32,000 nt of DNA. Origin: Halogeometricum borinquense DSM 11551 (GTDB lineage: Archaea > Halobacteriota > Halobacteria > Halobacteriales > Haloferacaceae). The position numbers and the translations under genes were made by a program. Below are positions 31,055 through 32,000 of this stretch, in pieces. The notes under the pieces were generated by a model, which searched no databases, was not told the DNA's origin, and was given only the letters and a program-made list of their open reading frames with translations. Each line of letters starts with the position of its first letter. Positions within the stretch are counted from its first letter, which is position 1. The stretch covers positions 1,620,001-1,652,000 of the forward strand of contig NC_014729.1 in assembly GCF_000172995.2 (NCBI RefSeq), written 5' to 3'.

Positions 31055-32000
31055 ATGACCGAGCAAGAGGCAAGCGACATCAGCCTCGGTGGCGAGACGG
31101 TCAAAGCGGCACTGGGGAAGTTCATAATGGCCCTCATCGGCTTTGTGGGGACTATTATCTTCGCTCGGTGGCTTGGCTCCGACAGCCTCGGTGGCTACTA
31201 CCTCCTCTTGACGGCCGCAGCTCTCTCTAACCGTCCCGTTCAGGGCCTTGCCGAAGCGATACAGAAACGTGGATCGGAGTCGGGCTTCGAACTGGAGCAG
31301 ACGCTCTCTGTCGGGACACTCGTCGTCATCGGATGGACCGCTCTCGCCGCTCTCATCGCGTACGCTCTCCGCGGCTACCTCCAATCGTTTTTCGGATTTC
31401 CGGGGTCAGTTTCTGCGTTTGTCGCCCTGTTAGCTTCACTGAGCGGCTTCTTCATCCTCCAGTCGCAACTCGTTGCACTCGGACGTATCAGTCGAAATCA
31501 GTGGTTTGACACCGTCCGGTCGTACCTCACATTCCCAGCACAACTCGGATTTCTCATCCTCGGATGGGGTGCTGCTGGCGTCGCCATCGGAGAAGTCGTG
31601 GCGACGCTCCTGTTGTACGTCCCGATGTACCGGTCGTTCGGGACTGGATTTGCACGTCCCACCGTCGAGACGATGCGGTCGCTATGGGAGTACGCGAAGT
31701 ACAGCATTCCGAACGAGTACCTGACGCACACGTACAGCCAACTGGATATGCTCCTCCTTGGTTTTCTCGTCGGAAAGAGCGCGACCGGCGAGTACGGGGT
31801 CGCCCTCCGTCTTACTGTCCCCGCGGCGTTCGTTTCGATGGTCGCCACGCAGGGCTTGTTCTCGCGGGTCAGCAACCTTCGGTCGAAGGGTGAGCGTGTC
31901 GATATCGACGTACAGAACACGCTTTCATTCGCCAGTATTGTTGCTATCCCGATGCTTGTTGGAGGCGTTCTTCTCGATGAACAACTTGTCGTGACGGCGT
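31055..32000 (+). CDS. Wzx/AglR-type oligosaccharide flippase (MOP superfamily polysaccharide biosynthesis protein), N-terminal ~315 aa. The 3' end lies outside the window.
   Basis: This ORF is not in the ORF track because it has no stop in the window. My translation from the ATG at 31055 is MTEQEASDISLGGETVKAALGKFIMALIGFVGTIIFARWLGSDSLGGYYLLLTAAALSNRPVQGLAEAIQKR..., followed by repeated hydrophobic helices to the window end. A TATA-like CTATTTTGCG lies about 30 nt upstream. Confidence 0.7.
   Translation, partial: MTEQEASDISLGGETVKAALGKFIMALIGFVGTIIFARWLGSDSLGGYYLLLTAAALSNRPVQGLAEAIQKRGSESGFELEQTLSVGTLVVIGWTALAALIAYALRGYLQSFFGFPGSVSAFVALLASLSGFFILQSQLVALGRISRNQWFDTVRSYLTFPAQLGFLILGWGAAGVAIGEVVATLLLYVPMYRSFGTGFARPTVETMRSLWEYAKYSIPNEYLTHTYSQLDMLLLGFLVGKSATGEYGVALRLTVPAAFVSMVATQGLFSRVSNLRSKGERVDIDVQNTLSFASIVAIPMLVGGVLLDEQLVVTA

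Noticed and set aside
1-32000. Mobile-element or prophage boundaries for the glycosylation island, and rRNA or tRNA genes.
   Set aside because: I recognised no transposase, integrase, terminal inverted repeats, tRNA-like cloverleaf or rRNA sequence anywhere in the window. Horizontal origin is suggested only by composition and gene content.

Overview
This window is a high-GC segment with an acidic proteome, typical of a haloarchaeal chromosome, and the glpA...aglM-aglB synteny resembles Haloferacales. All family calls rest on motif recognition by eye, because no database search was possible. The left ~4.9 kb carries housekeeping or miscellaneous genes. These are a truncated glpA, a divergent Orc1/Cdc6-like ATPase behind a 350-bp AT-rich spacer, a HAD phosphatase, an HEWD-cutA pair, a SAM methyltransferase and an unlisted 51-aa zinc-ribbon ORF. 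From ~4.96 kb to the right edge the window is an N-glycosylation locus. It starts with a DUF368 membrane protein, UDP-glucose 6-dehydrogenase (aglM) and the oligosaccharyltransferase AglB (1081 aa, WWDYG motif). Seventeen further glycan genes follow. (1) A four-gene minus-strand nucleotide-sugar operon: a long-form NDP-sugar pyrophosphorylase, UDP-xylose synthase, an SDR with a Cys/His insertion and a CDP-tyvelose-2-epimerase-like SDR. (2) Three GT2 enzymes, one of them fused to an MprF-type flippase-like membrane domain. (3) Two GT4 enzymes. (4) Three GT-C membrane glycosyltransferases, two of which are tandem GT87/DUF2029-like paralogs. (5) An FkbM methyltransferase. (6) A membrane-tethered, extracytoplasmic arylsulfotransferase (ASST)-like beta-propeller. 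(7) Two tandem sulfatase-like proteins that lack the formylglycine motif, the second broken by a 1-nt frameshift. (8) A Wzx/AglR-type flippase truncated by the window edge. I saw no rRNA, tRNA, CRISPR array, transposase or integrase. The main candidate for new biology is this swapped glycan cassette. It predicts an uncharacterised N-glycan that may contain a pentose and may be methylated, sulfated or phosphorylated. It also offers candidate answers to who flips Dol-P-sugars and who recycles Dol-P.
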